Assembly (NCBI RefSeq): GCF_036588685.1
Contig: NC_086374.1
Coordinates: 93,248,001-93,312,000 of the forward strand
Source of the DNA: Mytilus trossulus
Lineage: Eukaryota
Direction of reading: 5' to 3'
DNA length: 64,000 nt
Position 1 is the stretch's first letter, and every line of letters begins with the position of its first letter. This document shows positions 25,421 to 37,859 of this stretch, piece by piece. The notes below the pieces were generated by a model. It did no database searches. It was not told the origin of the DNA and saw only the letters and a list, made by a program, of their open reading frames with translations. A program made the position numbers and the translations under genes.

Positions 25421-26243
25421 AAATATAAACCGAGTTTGACTTCAAACGCAACTTATAGTAGATTGTTGATGTTGTATCTTTATTTTATTTGATTTCACTA
25501 AAATAATATTGTACATTGCTTTAACATATATCATAAAGTTAGGGTTACTGTTATGGGTGTTTATTTAAAGAAGGTCTAATATCAAATCTGGCTTTTTTAA
25601 GTGATTGAGATATTAAACAACCGTGTATTTATTTTCTATTTTTCTTATAATTCATTATCAGATGTTCCTTTCTAACACTCATACAAACAACCGTGTATCC
25701 ATTTTCTATTTTTCTTATAATTCATTATCAGACGTTCCTTTTTAACACACATACACATTAAAGTGCCATGGAACAAATATTATTGGCCTTTTGGAATCTT
25801 CGCGATTCCCAACAAAAGACATCTCGTTACTTCTCAAATGTGTTCTTCTCAAAACATTTCTAAATGAATTTATATGTGATGGTTCTTATGAATCCTTTAC
25901 TTGTGCACATGAACATGTACCTTCAAAGGACTAAATATATATATTCTTGAAAATTAAATATTCAATTAACTATATATTTTCACTATATGTTTATTTTGAC
26001 AAAAAATCAGGCTATATCCTAGATCTATGTATATTGTTTTTGAATAAATCTTATAATTAAAATCATTTTTAATTTATTCCCGATATAAAAACACTAGTAT
26101 ATAAATAAGTGCTAGAACAGGCACAAAACTGTAAACAAATTCATTGAAATACAATACATTTATTTTATAAAAAAAAAACAATGTTTATATTATATTTGTC
26201 TTTTGAAGTATTATTGTAGAGTTTTATAAAGTTGAATTTAAAG

Positions 26244-28115
26244 TCAGTAAATAATTTTATAAAGAGTCGCTTTATAACCGTTCAACAAGACTAACATGTT
26301 CAAGTTCATGTCATAATCTATCATTGTTGTCGGTTCTTTATGTATTACTTTACTAACTTTGCCATCGCATGATACCGCCTGTACACCATCAGATTTATCC
26401 GTAACTATAACGTTTCCATATCTGTCTATCGCAAGAGATTCCGTAATGCTATTCTTGTCATATGCACGGACCCGTGAAGACCTTCGCGACAGATACTCAC
26501 CAGGGAAATGTGAATCATAATCATCTTCATATCTATGAAATGTTGAAACTGACTCTAATATTTGTTCATCCGGTAACTTCAAACTATCGTTGTCATCTGT
26601 ACGGAACGGGACATTTATCTCCGATTGGTGCCTTCTTGGGGACTTTGAACTATCCTTTATACTGCCAAACTTCCACAGAGTATCACCTGTTAAATCGCAA
26701 CACACCACTTTTTCGCATGTTTTGCCTTTGCATGTAAAGTATATTTTGTCTCCAAGTTGAGCCATTTTGAATGTTGATGGAGATTGATGTTTCGGTACCG
26801 GAATGCATCCCATTATTTTACCTGACATGGTTGATATAAGAATTTCATTTGTATACACTGAACAACTACCGAAAAATATCTTGTGATTATTAAAAACAAG
26901 ATCGTATACCTCACAATGTCTGTCTATGTCGAAACTCCTTTTTTTCTCATCGATTAAATTTATCACATCGATAGTCCGATTGCCATGGGATACAGCTATT
27001 CTTTGAATATCGATAACTGTGATGCCAAAGACAGAACCCCCTTGCAAAATAAGACTCTTTTCAAGAGAACCGTCTTCTTTGTGGACAGTAAGCCTGAGAT
27101 TGTCTAGAACTGCCACTACAAATCTTTTATCAGGCAGAATTCGACAACAAGTTATTTTAAGATTTTTCTTCCTTCCACAATCAAAATGTATATCTTTTAT
27201 TTTTTCAATTGTTTTTATCATCGGTCCAGTTTCTCCAGATGCCGTCTTCAAATCTTGATTACAATATTCTTTTAGCGGTCGGTAATCAGGTCTGACTTCC
27301 CCAAATGATTTTGAATTCATTACTGAAATCAGCTCTGGTGAAATTATAAATAGTAAATCGTTTGTTTGCTCTACGCTCAACATAGGATTCACTGCCTTTC
27401 TTATTTGATTGACTGGTCCAAGCACTCTATTACTGAAAATGAAGAGATTTTTATCAGAGGCAAACTCTTTAGTAAGTGTTATGTTTCTCTTTATTTCTCT
27501 CGCCTCTTTCGCCCTTTCTTTTAAAATATGATGCTTTTCTTTCATTGACTTCACGTGTGCATTATGATTTAAGTTCTCAATTGCTCTAGCTTCTAATTTA
27601 TCAAGCTTCTCGTCAACTTTCTTTCGTATTTCTCTTATCTTCCAAATTATTTGATCAACCTTATCATCAATATAAGCAGCAATGTCTTCGTGGCATTTAA
27701 CTCGTTGCTCAACTTCTTCGATCAAATCATCCAGTTGTCTTTCAAGATTTGATGCATAATCTTTTTTATTCGAACTATTTAAGGCTTCTTTTATGGTTAT
27801 TATGTCTTCCTGGTTGCGATAAGTAAACTGCGTCGACAAACACTTAAAACAGAAAATCTTATTTTGTGAGGGACTAAAATATTCAAAATTCTCTCCATGA
27901 GTGTTACATTTCTGATGTGTTTTAGAAATGTCTGCAATTTTGGAATAATCGTCTATTGATATCACGCGATGATCTCGGAGTATTTTATGAAGTTTGTGAT
28001 CCTTGGCACATTCGTTGCAATAACCTTCTTCGCATTCCGTACACCATTTGTTGGCTTTTGTCGACTCATTTTTATAGTCACATGGACCACATTTAATGAT
28101 GGAACCGTCCGCCAT
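26244..28115 (-). CDS. B-box / coiled-coil / NHL-like beta-propeller protein (RING-less TRIM-like), paralogue B
   Basis: Intact 623-aa ORF, collinear with paralogue A, with the same upstream acceptor context. Confidence 0.9.
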   Translation of the reverse strand: MADGSIIKCGPCDYKNESTKANKWCTECEEGYCNECAKDHKLHKILRDHRVISIDDYSKIADISKTHQKCNTHGENFEYFSPSQNKIFCFKCLSTQFTYRNQEDIITIKEALNSSNKKDYASNLERQLDDLIEEVEQRVKCHEDIAAYIDDKVDQIIWKIREIRKKVDEKLDKLEARAIENLNHNAHVKSMKEKHHILKERAKEAREIKRNITLTKEFASDKNLFIFSNRVLGPVNQIRKAVNPMLSVEQTNDLLFIISPELISVMNSKSFGEVRPDYRPLKEYCNQDLKTASGETGPMIKTIEKIKDIHFDCGRKKNLKITCCRILPDKRFVVAVLDNLRLTVHKEDGSLEKSLILQGGSVFGITVIDIQRIAVSHGNRTIDVINLIDEKKRSFDIDRHCEVYDLVFNNHKIFFGSCSVYTNEILISTMSGKIMGCIPVPKHQSPSTFKMAQLGDKIYFTCKGKTCEKVVCCDLTGDTLWKFGSIKDSSKSPRRHQSEINVPFRTDDNDSLKLPDEQILESVSTFHRYEDDYDSHFPGEYLSRRSSRVRAYDKNSITESLAIDRYGNVIVTDKSDGVQAVSCDGKVSKVIHKEPTTMIDYDMNLNMLVLLNGYKATLYKIIY

Positions 28116-28796
28116 ATTACTGTAACAATAAGAACTGTAAATGAAAATAAATAACGTCTAAAACTAAGAATAAGATGTGAAATATGCGATAATTGTTCAT
28201 GTTAGTCAGATAATTTTGCATTATTTCCTGGGTGTTGCTGACTTATTGTAGATTTTGTCATGGGTTTTTCAGAGATGAGGTTAAATGATGGTGTTTAAAA
28301 ATACGCATGATACTGACAGCAATGTGTTTCTATCAGTGCATTAACGACCATAAGTGTTGAAAACTAAAGCTAAACGGTCCAAAACAGAACAGTCAAATAC
28401 GGTGACCTATAGTTGTTAATGTTTGTGTCATTTTGGTCTTTTGTGGATAGTTGTCTCATTGGCAATCATACCACATCTTCTTTTTTATATAGTCAAAATC
28501 TGTTTGAATATGCCTTTGAGTTGTGTAATTTTGTTTAACTTTTTTAGCTATTAGTTAATATTTGGAATATTGTTATGATAATAGGTAGCATCATATAATG
28601 ATCATGATGATCATAAAACTAAGAATGAAAACTGGGAACGTGTCAAAGAGACAAAAATCTAACCAAAGAGCAGAATTGTATATTTAAACTTTGTGCCTTA
28701 AATCAACACGACACCAAAGTGAAAATACGTTTTTGAAATTAATTAATCATATTTGAGTGAGTAGATTTCGAAGTGTCACACTTTCAAACATTCTGA

Positions 28797-28886
28797 AACA
28801 TATCTATAATACATTGTGCAATATGTTTCCTTCAAACAATACAATGTTCAAAGGAAACATATTGCACAATGTATTATAGATATGTT
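28797..28886. repeat. Perfect 36-bp-arm inverted repeat
   Basis: AACATATCTATAATACATTGTGCAATATGTTTCCTT, an 18-nt spacer, then the exact reverse complement. Confidence 0.9.
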
Positions 28887-28933
28887 AAGTCATTTAAGAG
28901 AATTCGATCATTTAGATTCAGAGTACTAGTACT

Positions 28934-29383
28934 CAAGGGGTACAATCAAAATCACGTGATGGATATACACACACCGGAAGTAACAGTCGAGCAGACCGCT
29001 TGAAAGGTAAGAAGTCGTATTAGTTTGTTTATATCAATAAAATTTAACAAATAAGGTAGTGCACCGAATGTCGGATACGATCTAGTTTTGAAATACACAA
29101 TTATCCTTGCTGGAAAGCGTGCAGTTATTGCAAACACTTCGACACAGTTCCAAAATTTCACCAGATAACTGTGTCGAAGTGTTTGCAATAACTGCACGCT
29201 TTCTAGCAAACACAATTGTGTATTTTAAAACTATATACTATCCGACATTCGGTGTGCCAACTTATTAATCAAAATTTAATTGATATAAACAAGAAAATGC
29301 AACTACTTACCTTTCAAGCGGCGAGTTCGACTGTAACTTCCGGTGTGTGTATATCCATCACGTGATTTTGATTGTACCCCTTG
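28934..29383. mobile_element. 450-bp foldback element / MITE with a 5-bp TSD (GTACT)
   Basis: GTACT|CAAGGGGTACAATCAAAATCACGTG ... CACGTGATTTTGATTGTACCCCTTG|GTACT. The two halves are inverted repeats over almost the whole length. Confidence 0.88.
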
Positions 29384-31004
29384 GTACTACTTTTTAGTAA
29401 TTTTTTCAATGTTACATCGTTTAACAAAATGTTGTAACCTTATGTATTAAAAAAGGTGACATGGATACAAATTACAGAGCATAATGTGTATCCTCAAATA
29501 ATAACTATCTTAAGACAATCATAACACACCTACACAGGTGACATGAACTTTGGATATTTCATTGGTTGCACCATGTTTGATAAACAAACGTAGGACAGAA
29601 ATATCGATATGTCTCCTACAATGGTCTTAAATCCTGCTCAAATACTGCTCCTATAAACAGACCCCTGTAACCTATGTTATTTGTTATAATAACGAATCAG
29701 AAGATGGTATCATCCTACACTGCTTACGATTTTGAAGTGGTTTGAACATATTTTTCTTGAATAATGTCCACTATAAACGGTATTTCTATTCCCACACGAA
29801 AAGCATCTCAAATTTCGATGGAGAAATAATTGCAACTTTTCACGTACGACAGAAAGCACAGTATAATGCAGTGATATATCTTAACGCGAGACTATTTCCG
29901 GCCTGAAGAAGTATATATTAGGTGCCAAGTGTTTGGAAAGTGTCATCCGTGTAAAGTGAGAATAACATACTATTAATAAGTGGCCAAAAAAATATCGAAG
30001 AAAACATCGACCAACTTAAGTTTTGTAAATAAAAACAGACAACAGTCCAAAAAACTACAAAGAACATCTAGTTCAGCAATTTTCATGAACCTAACCCGAG
30101 TGAACGTAAGCTCTCTGGAAGGGTCAAAAGATCCACCTTCATTATTGACATCCACCTATTTTAGTCTATTTCTATAAGTATCTTATGGTCGTGGCCAGTT
30201 ATTGTAACACGTTTTCTTCTTCTTGTATCACCCCAATGTTTGAAATGAGATGCTGATAAAATAGACATAAAAAAAAACGAAATAAAATGAGTTAAAAAAA
30301 AAGGAAGATTAAAAAAAAACTTACAAAATCATACGAAGCATACGACAAAATGCGTTAATCAGATCATGCAACATTTCTATTGGCTGTTCGATACGTCTTT
30401 GATGTTGTGTAATGGGCTAAACAATGTATATTGCTTCCATAGGAACAGAGATACCTGATTTCTGAAGAAAATAAATATAAAAAATACCAACACTAAGTCG
30501 TTTACCTTAAAAATATGTATGTTTGCCAACTATTAAGAATATTATTTCTTTTTTGTTTTTGCGTTGATGACTTCACAGTCACATGACAATATTATGTATA
30601 TGAGCTGATAGATAAAACATTTATAAAACACGGTCAGCCCAATTAGAAGTCACGTTGCCTCCAAAAGAAAATTATTTGAGTTTGAAGCCGGAACAGAACA
30701 TGCATGTGACGTCATATTGGCCGATGCAAAAAACTTAGATCAGTCAGTCATTGAATTTTCTTTTCTTTTTTTACACAAAGAGAATGTTTATCATAAGAGA
30801 AACAGGTTTAACAACTCTTGAGAATTTGATATCGCTTGATATCTAGTCATGTTATATATTTTAAAAAGCTATTAATAAAGTCGTTTAGATGATCATTCAT
30901 TATCATATTTTGATAAGTAACTCGAATTGATAGCTTTCTCAAATTGTTCTAAAACCTATACAATAAACATTCATACATATAAAATAATAATTTACACAAA
31001 TTAA

Positions 31005-31375
31005 AATGGTCTACCAGGAAGTTTTATTTAACAAACAAAATCTACATTTGATTTATTTACCCTAATTTCAGGAAAAGTTAAGCAGTCGATGTTAAGATAT
31101 AAAATTTAATATTTAGGTTTTCGAAGTGAATGACAGCAATTCATACAATTTATCAAAAATCATTACCTTCCAAAAGCTTTTTGTCCTCAAATTATGAACA
31201 GCGTATAATTTCTGATCGTAACAGACTCAGCTGAAGTTATCTCCCGTTTGCCATAGGCTCCAATTGTAACTAAACGCAATAATGCAGTAGAAAATAAGTA
31301 ATCATTGAATTAAAACTTTTCAGAACAATACACTTTATTTTACTAAATAATATTATGTTTCAGAATAGCATCAAT
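31005..31375 (-). promoter_or_regulatory. Putative non-coding first exon / promoter of TRIM-like paralogue B
   Basis: Homologous to 21755-22130; donor AAG|GTAATG at ~31167. Confidence 0.55.
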
Positions 31376-31506
31376 CGAAGCATGGCTCTTTAGTGTAGAT
31401 AGCTATTGTGTTTCCAGATGTCGTTGATTGCTTAACGTCAAATGGCAAATATGTCCTGCATGTTCGGACGAGAACAAGTTGAAAGTAAAAACAGTAGGAA
31501 GGTCCT

Positions 31507-31701
31507 TGTAATATTCTCTGAGGCCGTATATATATGACGATAATAAGAATGACAAAGAAAGCAGGTGTTCATTTGTATTCCACACGAATATTATATAAAA
31601 TAATATATGGGGTTTACAAAATCATATCAGACTGATATCAAAGGGAAGTAACTCAACAAACGTAAATCAAGGTACGTAAAGTACTATAGAATAATGTTAC
31701 A
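31507..31701 (-). repeat. 3' LTR (195 bp)
   Basis: Direct repeat of 36436-36619, adjacent to the PPT. Confidence 0.93.
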
Positions 31702-31940
31702 TCTCCCTTCTCAACACAAATAAAAATAAAATAAAATGTACAAGCTATACAAATACAATAGACAAATTCAAATTAATGTTCCAATGTTAAGTCAGTGTTC
31801 AATAATTGTCCTAGCATAATAAAGTTCATAACACAAGCATAAAAAGACTCAAAATGCATGCATACACCATATATGAATTAGAAAAAATATAAGCATATAC
31901 AGGAAATTACATTGACTCAATGATTTGAGGCTTTACTATA

Positions 31941-32449
31941 CATAGATATAGGAAGATGTGGTGTGAGTGCCAATGAGACAACTCTCCATCCAAATAACAA
32001 TTTAAAAATTAAACCATTATAGGTTAAAGTACGGCCTTCAACACGGAGCCTTGGCTCACACCGAACAACAAGCTATAAAGGGCTCCAAAATTACTAGTGT
32101 AAAACCATTCAAACGGGAAAACCAACGGTCTAATCTATATAAACAGAACGAGAAACGAGAAACACGTATATATTACACAAACAAACGACAACTACTGTAC
32201 ATCAGATTCCTGACTTAGGACAGGTGCAAACATTTGCAGCGGGATTAAACGTTTTAATGGGCCCAAACCTTCTCCCTTTTTCCTGAAACAATAGCATAAC
32301 ATCACAACATATAAAAACATACGATAAAATATCAATTAGCAGACTTAACTCAATCAAAAAACGTATGATTACACAAAGAACGAATAAATTTGATCTGCGA
32401 TATCTGAATACAAATGCACAGTTAATTAAATATTAGAGACAAACAGTCA
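31941..32449 (-). mobile_element. Nested insertion of a non-autonomous Penelope-associated repeat (TATA target duplication)
   Basis: Begins with the GAAGATGTGGTGTGAGTGCCAATGAGACAACT terminus also seen at ~1005, 7595, 36740 and 60237. Flanked by TATA at 31937-31940 and 32450-32453. Confidence 0.75.
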
Positions 32450-32963
32450 TATACGTCCAGATCTTGTAATGTATAAACCATCAGAAGGATTTTTGTGGGT
32501 TTCTGTAGTTTCTGTATCGCTCGTAATTTGGGGCGAATTATTTATGTTCAAAGTAGGTTCGGCTAATTCAGGGGGAGTTAAGTTGCACTGCGGTTCGTAA
32601 CGAACAGGGGGTACAATTGTGTCATTTTCAACAGTAGTAAGGGGTATGTCCTCTCTGGTTCCTATTATACGACGTCTATTGCGTCTATAAATACCACCAT
32701 CTTGTATTTCTACGATGTAAGACCTACTAGCAGGGTGTTGGCTAGAGATAATAGAAGGTTTCCAGAGTCCATTACTTCCCCTTATTCTGACAGAATCTCC
32801 GGAATTTAAAGATTTTAGTGGTTTTGAGCCCTTGTCATAATATTTTTTTTCATAAGACTTTTTACAATCAATTTTATTCTGAACTTCGTTATACATAGGT
32901 GTTTTTGGTATAAGTCCCTCTAGAGTGACAGGTAGAACTGACCTGAGTTGTCTGCACATCAGT

Positions 32964-33334
32964 AAAAGAAGAGGGACGAAAGATACCAAAGGGACAGTCA
33001 AACTCGTAAATCTAAAACAAACTAACAACGCCATGGCTAAAAATGAAAAAGACAAACAGAAAAACAATAGTACACATGACACAACATAGAAAACTAAAGA
33101 ATAAACAACACGAACCCCACCAAAAACTAGGGGTGATCTCAGGTGCTCCGGAAGGGTAAGCAGATCCTGCTCCACATGCGGCACCCGTCGTGTTGCTAAT
33201 GTGATTACAAATCCGGTAAATAGTCTAATTCGGTAGGTCAAATTCATGAAAGGGAAGGGGATTGTAGTTACGACGTAAGGAACATATCCGATATCATTTG
33301 TGAAACGGTTATTCCATAACGGTCAACCAACTGG
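32964..33334 (-). mobile_element. Nested 5'-truncated Penelope-like 3' end
   Basis: Encodes QLVDRYGITVSQMISDMF followed by a 3' UTR. Interrupts the integrase between TPSQ and LLMCRQLRS. Confidence 0.75.
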
Positions 33335-33789
33335 AACTGTGAAGGGGTATATCCGATATCCAAAGGAGTTGTGCGATACTCCAAGAGAGCAACATATGGG
33401 TCTTTACCATCCTTTTTACATTTATTAAACATATTTTTAACAGTTTGTACCGTTTTCTCTGCCAACCCTTTGGATTGAGGGTAAGTGGGACTGGATGTAA
33501 CATGTTTAAAATCCCATTTTTTCGCAAACTCACTAAACTCTTGGGACGAATACTGAGGACCATTGTCAGAAACAACGGTCTCAGGGATACCAAGTCTAGA
33601 AAATGTACCCTTCAACTTATTAATAACAGTTGTACTTGTAGTACCATGAAGTTTATGGACCTCTAAATAGAGACTATAATAATCAACTATTACAATGTAA
33701 TCGGCATTATTCCAATAAAAAATATCAGTTGCTACAACTTGCCAAGGATATTGAGGAATTTTGTGCGGTTCTAATGGTTCTTTAGCATT

Positions 33790-35480
33790 TTCTTTTACAT
33801 TTTCCGGGCAAATGTACAACATCGAATTCATAACGCTGTAACCGTAAAATCATGCGTTGCAATCTTGCGGGGGCGTCTAATAATGATTTCTTCATAATTG
33901 AAACTAGCGGTTTATGATCCGTTTCAACCCTGATACTACGGCCATAAATGTATTGGTGAAATCTGGTACACCCAAAAACAATTGCGTACATTTCTTTTTC
34001 TATCTGTGCGTAATTTATTTCCAATGTTGTTAAGGATTTTGAAGCGTAAGCTACCGGTTTGTCGTGTTGCAGTAAGACTGCGCCTAGACCGTATTTGGAT
34101 GCGTCAACTTGTAAAGTTAAGTCTTTGGTCGGGTCATAATAAGAAAGAATCGGACCGGGTGACCTCGTCCAAATCTCCTTGACCTTTTGAAATGCCGCGA
34201 TTTGAGGTTCGTCCCATGCAAATTCAACTTCTTTATTCAATATGGCTCGCATTGGGCTAGTGATTTCCGCTAAGTTGGGTGCAAATTTTGAAAGATAATT
34301 GACCATACCCAATATAGTCTGGACTTCAGCTTTGTTAGAAGGGGGTGGCATATCCGAGATAGCCTGGACCTTGTTAGGATCTGCCCTCAGACCAGATGAG
34401 GTTATAACATGACCAAAATAAGTAACCTCAGTGACCCTAACCTCTAATTTATCATCGTTAAGTTTCATGTCTTTTTCACGAGAGATCTGTAATACTCGCC
34501 GCAGGTTTGAATCATGTTCTTCCCGGGTTGATCCGTAAACCAGTATGTCGTCGACGATTGCGACCACACCGTTAAGTTCTGCGTAGCACTCGTCAATCTT
34601 TGCTTGAAAAAGGTCTTGTGAGCAATTGAGACCAAATGGCAAACGCTTGAAACGGTAACGACCGTACGGTGTATTAAAGGTAGTAAAATACGAAGACGGC
34701 TCGTCAAGACTAATGGTCCAATAACCAGATCGGACATCAAGTTTAGTAAAATAATGAGCGTCCAATAACCAGATCGGACATCAAGTTTAGTAAAATAATG
34801 AGCGTTCGATAATTGAGGCAGAATATCCTCTAAAGTTCGCATCGGATAGTGCGGACGCTGAATTGGGTCTAGGCATACCCTTAGCTTACCATTAGGTTTT
34901 TCGACAACGACAAGGGAATTAACCCAAGGTGTGGGACCGTTTACTTTACAAATGATGTCTGCGTTCTCCATGCGATTTAATTCGGACTTTAAACGACCAC
35001 GTAACGCTACAGGAACGCGCCGTGGGGGATGTACAACTGGGTGTACCTCAGAATTATTGTGTATTGTTGCTTTGCCTGAAACAAGACCGACACCTTTGAA
35101 AATATCTGAATATTCTTTTAACACTGACGACTTAGTCATTGGGTCAGAGTCAGAAGTACACGTAGTTTCAGTGCTGTATACCAACTTTATCAATTCATAT
35201 TCCAAGCAAGACTGCATGCCTAATATTGGTGGGGAATTAGTATCTAGACAGTAGAATTCTAATTTACTATTTACAGAACCATGTTCACAAGGGAGACATC
35301 AGACGCCAAGTGAGGGCAGGGCATTACCATTATAAGCAGTCAAGATACGAGGGGACTTTTTGAGAGTGCCATTGAATTTGAGACTTTCAAATATATGTTT
35401 AGGCAAAATATTTACTTGAGAACCTGTGTCAAGCTTAAAATTAAATGGTTTTGAACAAACATTAATTGTAGCAAAAGCTT
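33790..35480 (-). pseudogene. pol: pol: aspartic protease, reverse transcriptase and RNase H (frameshifted)
   Basis: FKLDTGSQVNILP; PRRVP; LRVCLDP; KLDVRSGYW; RLPFGL; IVDDILVYG; VDASKYGLGAVL; YAQIEKEM; ETDHKPL. A 44-bp tandem duplication at 34717-34804 shifts the frame. Confidence 0.92.
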
Positions 35481-35579
35481 GATCTCTCTTTACCTTATTC
35501 TTATCATTAATGAAGGTATTATGTTCATTTATACAATCAATAAAAAAAACTCTTGGTCACTGTCACTATCTGTGTCTAG

Positions 35580-36413
35580 CACTACTTCGTCTACCCTTTG
35601 TTTGGATCTGCATACTTGGGCAAAATGATTCCACTTTTGGCAACTGTTGCACTTCTTTCCCTTCGCCGGACATTCTTCGTGTTTGGAGTGTCTTCTCCCA
35701 CAATTTTCACATCCTTGCTGTGAAGAATAACGATGGGGTTCGACTTTAACACGATCTTGGTTGACTGGACCCGTCCTAGTTCGGTCAGACGTCTTGTAGT
35801 TCTTTCTAGATGAGGCACTTTTATACTGCGAGTGTCTCGGAAGATTTAATTCGTGTACGACTGTAGACGGTTCTTAATTTTTCATCTCCTTTAGTTGTTC
35901 TTGACTATACTCAAATGCCTGCGTGATCTGAATGGCTTTTTCCAATGTCAATGTGTCACCTTCGTTTAAAAGTTTCTCCTTCACTTTAGGCGAACTTGTC
36001 CCAAAAATAAGACTGTCTCTGATCATCTCGTCAGTGTCCTTAAAATTACAGTCTTTAGCAATGAGCTGCAGTCGAGTAATAAACTGCTCAACAGTGTCAC
36101 TACTTTGTGTTTCATGTCTAAATTTACACCTTGCAAGTAAAGAGTTCTGCTTTGGTTGAACATATGTAAGAAACTTGTCAAAATGGACAGACAGTTTCTT
36201 TGCATCGTCTTCACTTAATTGCCATGTGTTATAAATATCTCTTCCTTTTTCACCAACCCACAATAGTAGATAAGTAATGTTTACCTTCTCGTCTTTTTCG
36301 GCGAGCGGTCCATCGAGGATAAGTCCCACGTGTTGTTTGAATTTTTTCCATGTATCAACTAGATTTGTTGAATCCCAGTTCATCTGAGGCTGTGGTACTC
36401 CGTTAAGATCCAT
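35580..36413 (-). pseudogene. gag: gag (disrupted) with two zinc knuckles
   Basis: WKKFKQHV...LLWVGEKGRDIY...FITRLQLIAKDCNF...IRDSLIFG, premature stop at 35874, then CENCGRRHSKHEEC and CNSCQKWNHFAQVC. Confidence 0.88.
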
Positions 36414-36435
36414 TTCCCGTAATTATCTGACACCA

Positions 36436-36619
36436 TGTAATATTCTCTGTATGGCGATAATAAGAATGACAAAGAAAGCAGGTGTTCATTTGTATTCCAC
36501 ACGAATAATATATAAAATAATATATGGGGTTTACATAAATCATATCAGACTGATATCAAAGGGAAGTAACTCAACAAACGTAAATCAAAGTACGTAAAGT
36601 ACTATAGAATAATGTTACA
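36436..36619 (-). repeat. 5' LTR (184 bp)
   Basis: Direct repeat of 31507-31701, adjacent to the PBS. Confidence 0.93.
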
Positions 36620-37859
36620 GTCCTGCAATATAAAGATGATGTCTGGTTAGAAGGTTAGAGAAGTTTGGACTGTCCATGGAAACATATTGGATAAAGACAG
36701 ATATTTTGCTTTGAAACAGACTCGAAGATATAAAATAGAAGATGTGGTTTGATTGCCAATTAGACAACTATCCACAAAAGACCAAAATGACACAAACATT
36801 AACAACTATAGATTACCGTACGGCCTTCAACAATGAGCAAAGCCCATACCGCATAGTCAGAAAAATCAGTGTCTATAATTTAAACGGGCTTACATGTGAA
36901 AGGCTTCCGTCATTGCAGTTACATCACTCTTACAAATATATAACAAAAGATAAAGACAAATGTACGCGAAACCTCGTGGTCACTGAATAGGATCATTAGA
37001 TATCATATCGTTTTTGTTTTTATTATAGTACTAACAATAACCATTCAACGGCTGTTGTTTGTTGTGTTTTTTTTAATTAATTCAGATTAAATTATAAAAG
37101 TTGATAGAAAGAGATTTCTAAATCCGAAACCTATAATAAGTATTATTATTATATTTAAGTTAATTGAAACTGTGTTCTTTTTTCGATTTGTCTTGTTTTA
37201 ACATGATACTTATTCATTTTTTCTGATTTCAGACTGCACAAAGTACAAATTTACTAATAAGGAACACGTTAATAATTTTAACACCTTGTCGGACAAAATT
37301 CTATATCAAAGTTGGCTTGTCCAAAGTTGTGAGTATTAAAGAAGTTTTGTAGTGCAAAAAATAGGTTATTATATATCCTTTAATATAAATTCGTGCTAAA
37401 AAGTAACACACATAAAATAAGATTAAAAAAACAGGGAATATTTCATAGTCAAATAAGATGCTTGAAATTTCAATGATCGTGGGAAAAAATTGTTGGATAC
37501 TTGTTTATTTCTTAAAGCAATGTGGTATACTTTTAAAATCATAGAATTTGCTTTAATCTATGCAAAATGTAAGTATAAATACTAAATTGTCATATTTATT
37601 ATTTTGCTTATATGAACGATTTTGATATTAGATATAGATAGGACACACGGTTCAAGCTTAATTTGACAAATGTTTCTCTTAGGTGAAATTAATCACACAA
37701 ATTGTATTGCTTACATATGTTATATACTATTTAATTCTTTTCGGGCATATTGGTTTATATTGATAAGTATATAATGCCTGTAGAAATAAACGTCTATATT
37801 ATACTTACCTGAGAAAGACTGGTATTAATATATATTGACCTGGTTCAACAGGAACACAC

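Larger units (their letters stand above)
31907..33790 (-). pseudogene. Integrase (HHCC domain deleted, split by two insertions)
   Basis: PWQVVATDIF; VSDNGPQY; SSPTYPQSKGLAEK; YRRNRR; C-terminus TRSGRI|VKPQIIESM* rejoined across an insertion. Confidence 0.88.
31507..36619 (-). mobile_element. Full-length decayed Ty3/gypsy LTR retrotransposon (Mag-like)
   Basis: TG...CA LTRs at 31507-31701 and 36436-36619; 5-bp TSD GTCCT; PBS TGGTGTCAGA (tRNA-Leu-like) at 36426-36435; PPT GAGAAGGGAGA at 31702-31712; gag-PR-RT-RH-IN order. Confidence 0.95.

Noticed and set aside
32447-33247. 266-aa ORF with a hydrophobic N-terminus, resembling an env-like or membrane protein
   Set aside because: Chimeric read-through of an inserted Penelope 3' UTR into the integrase C-terminus.
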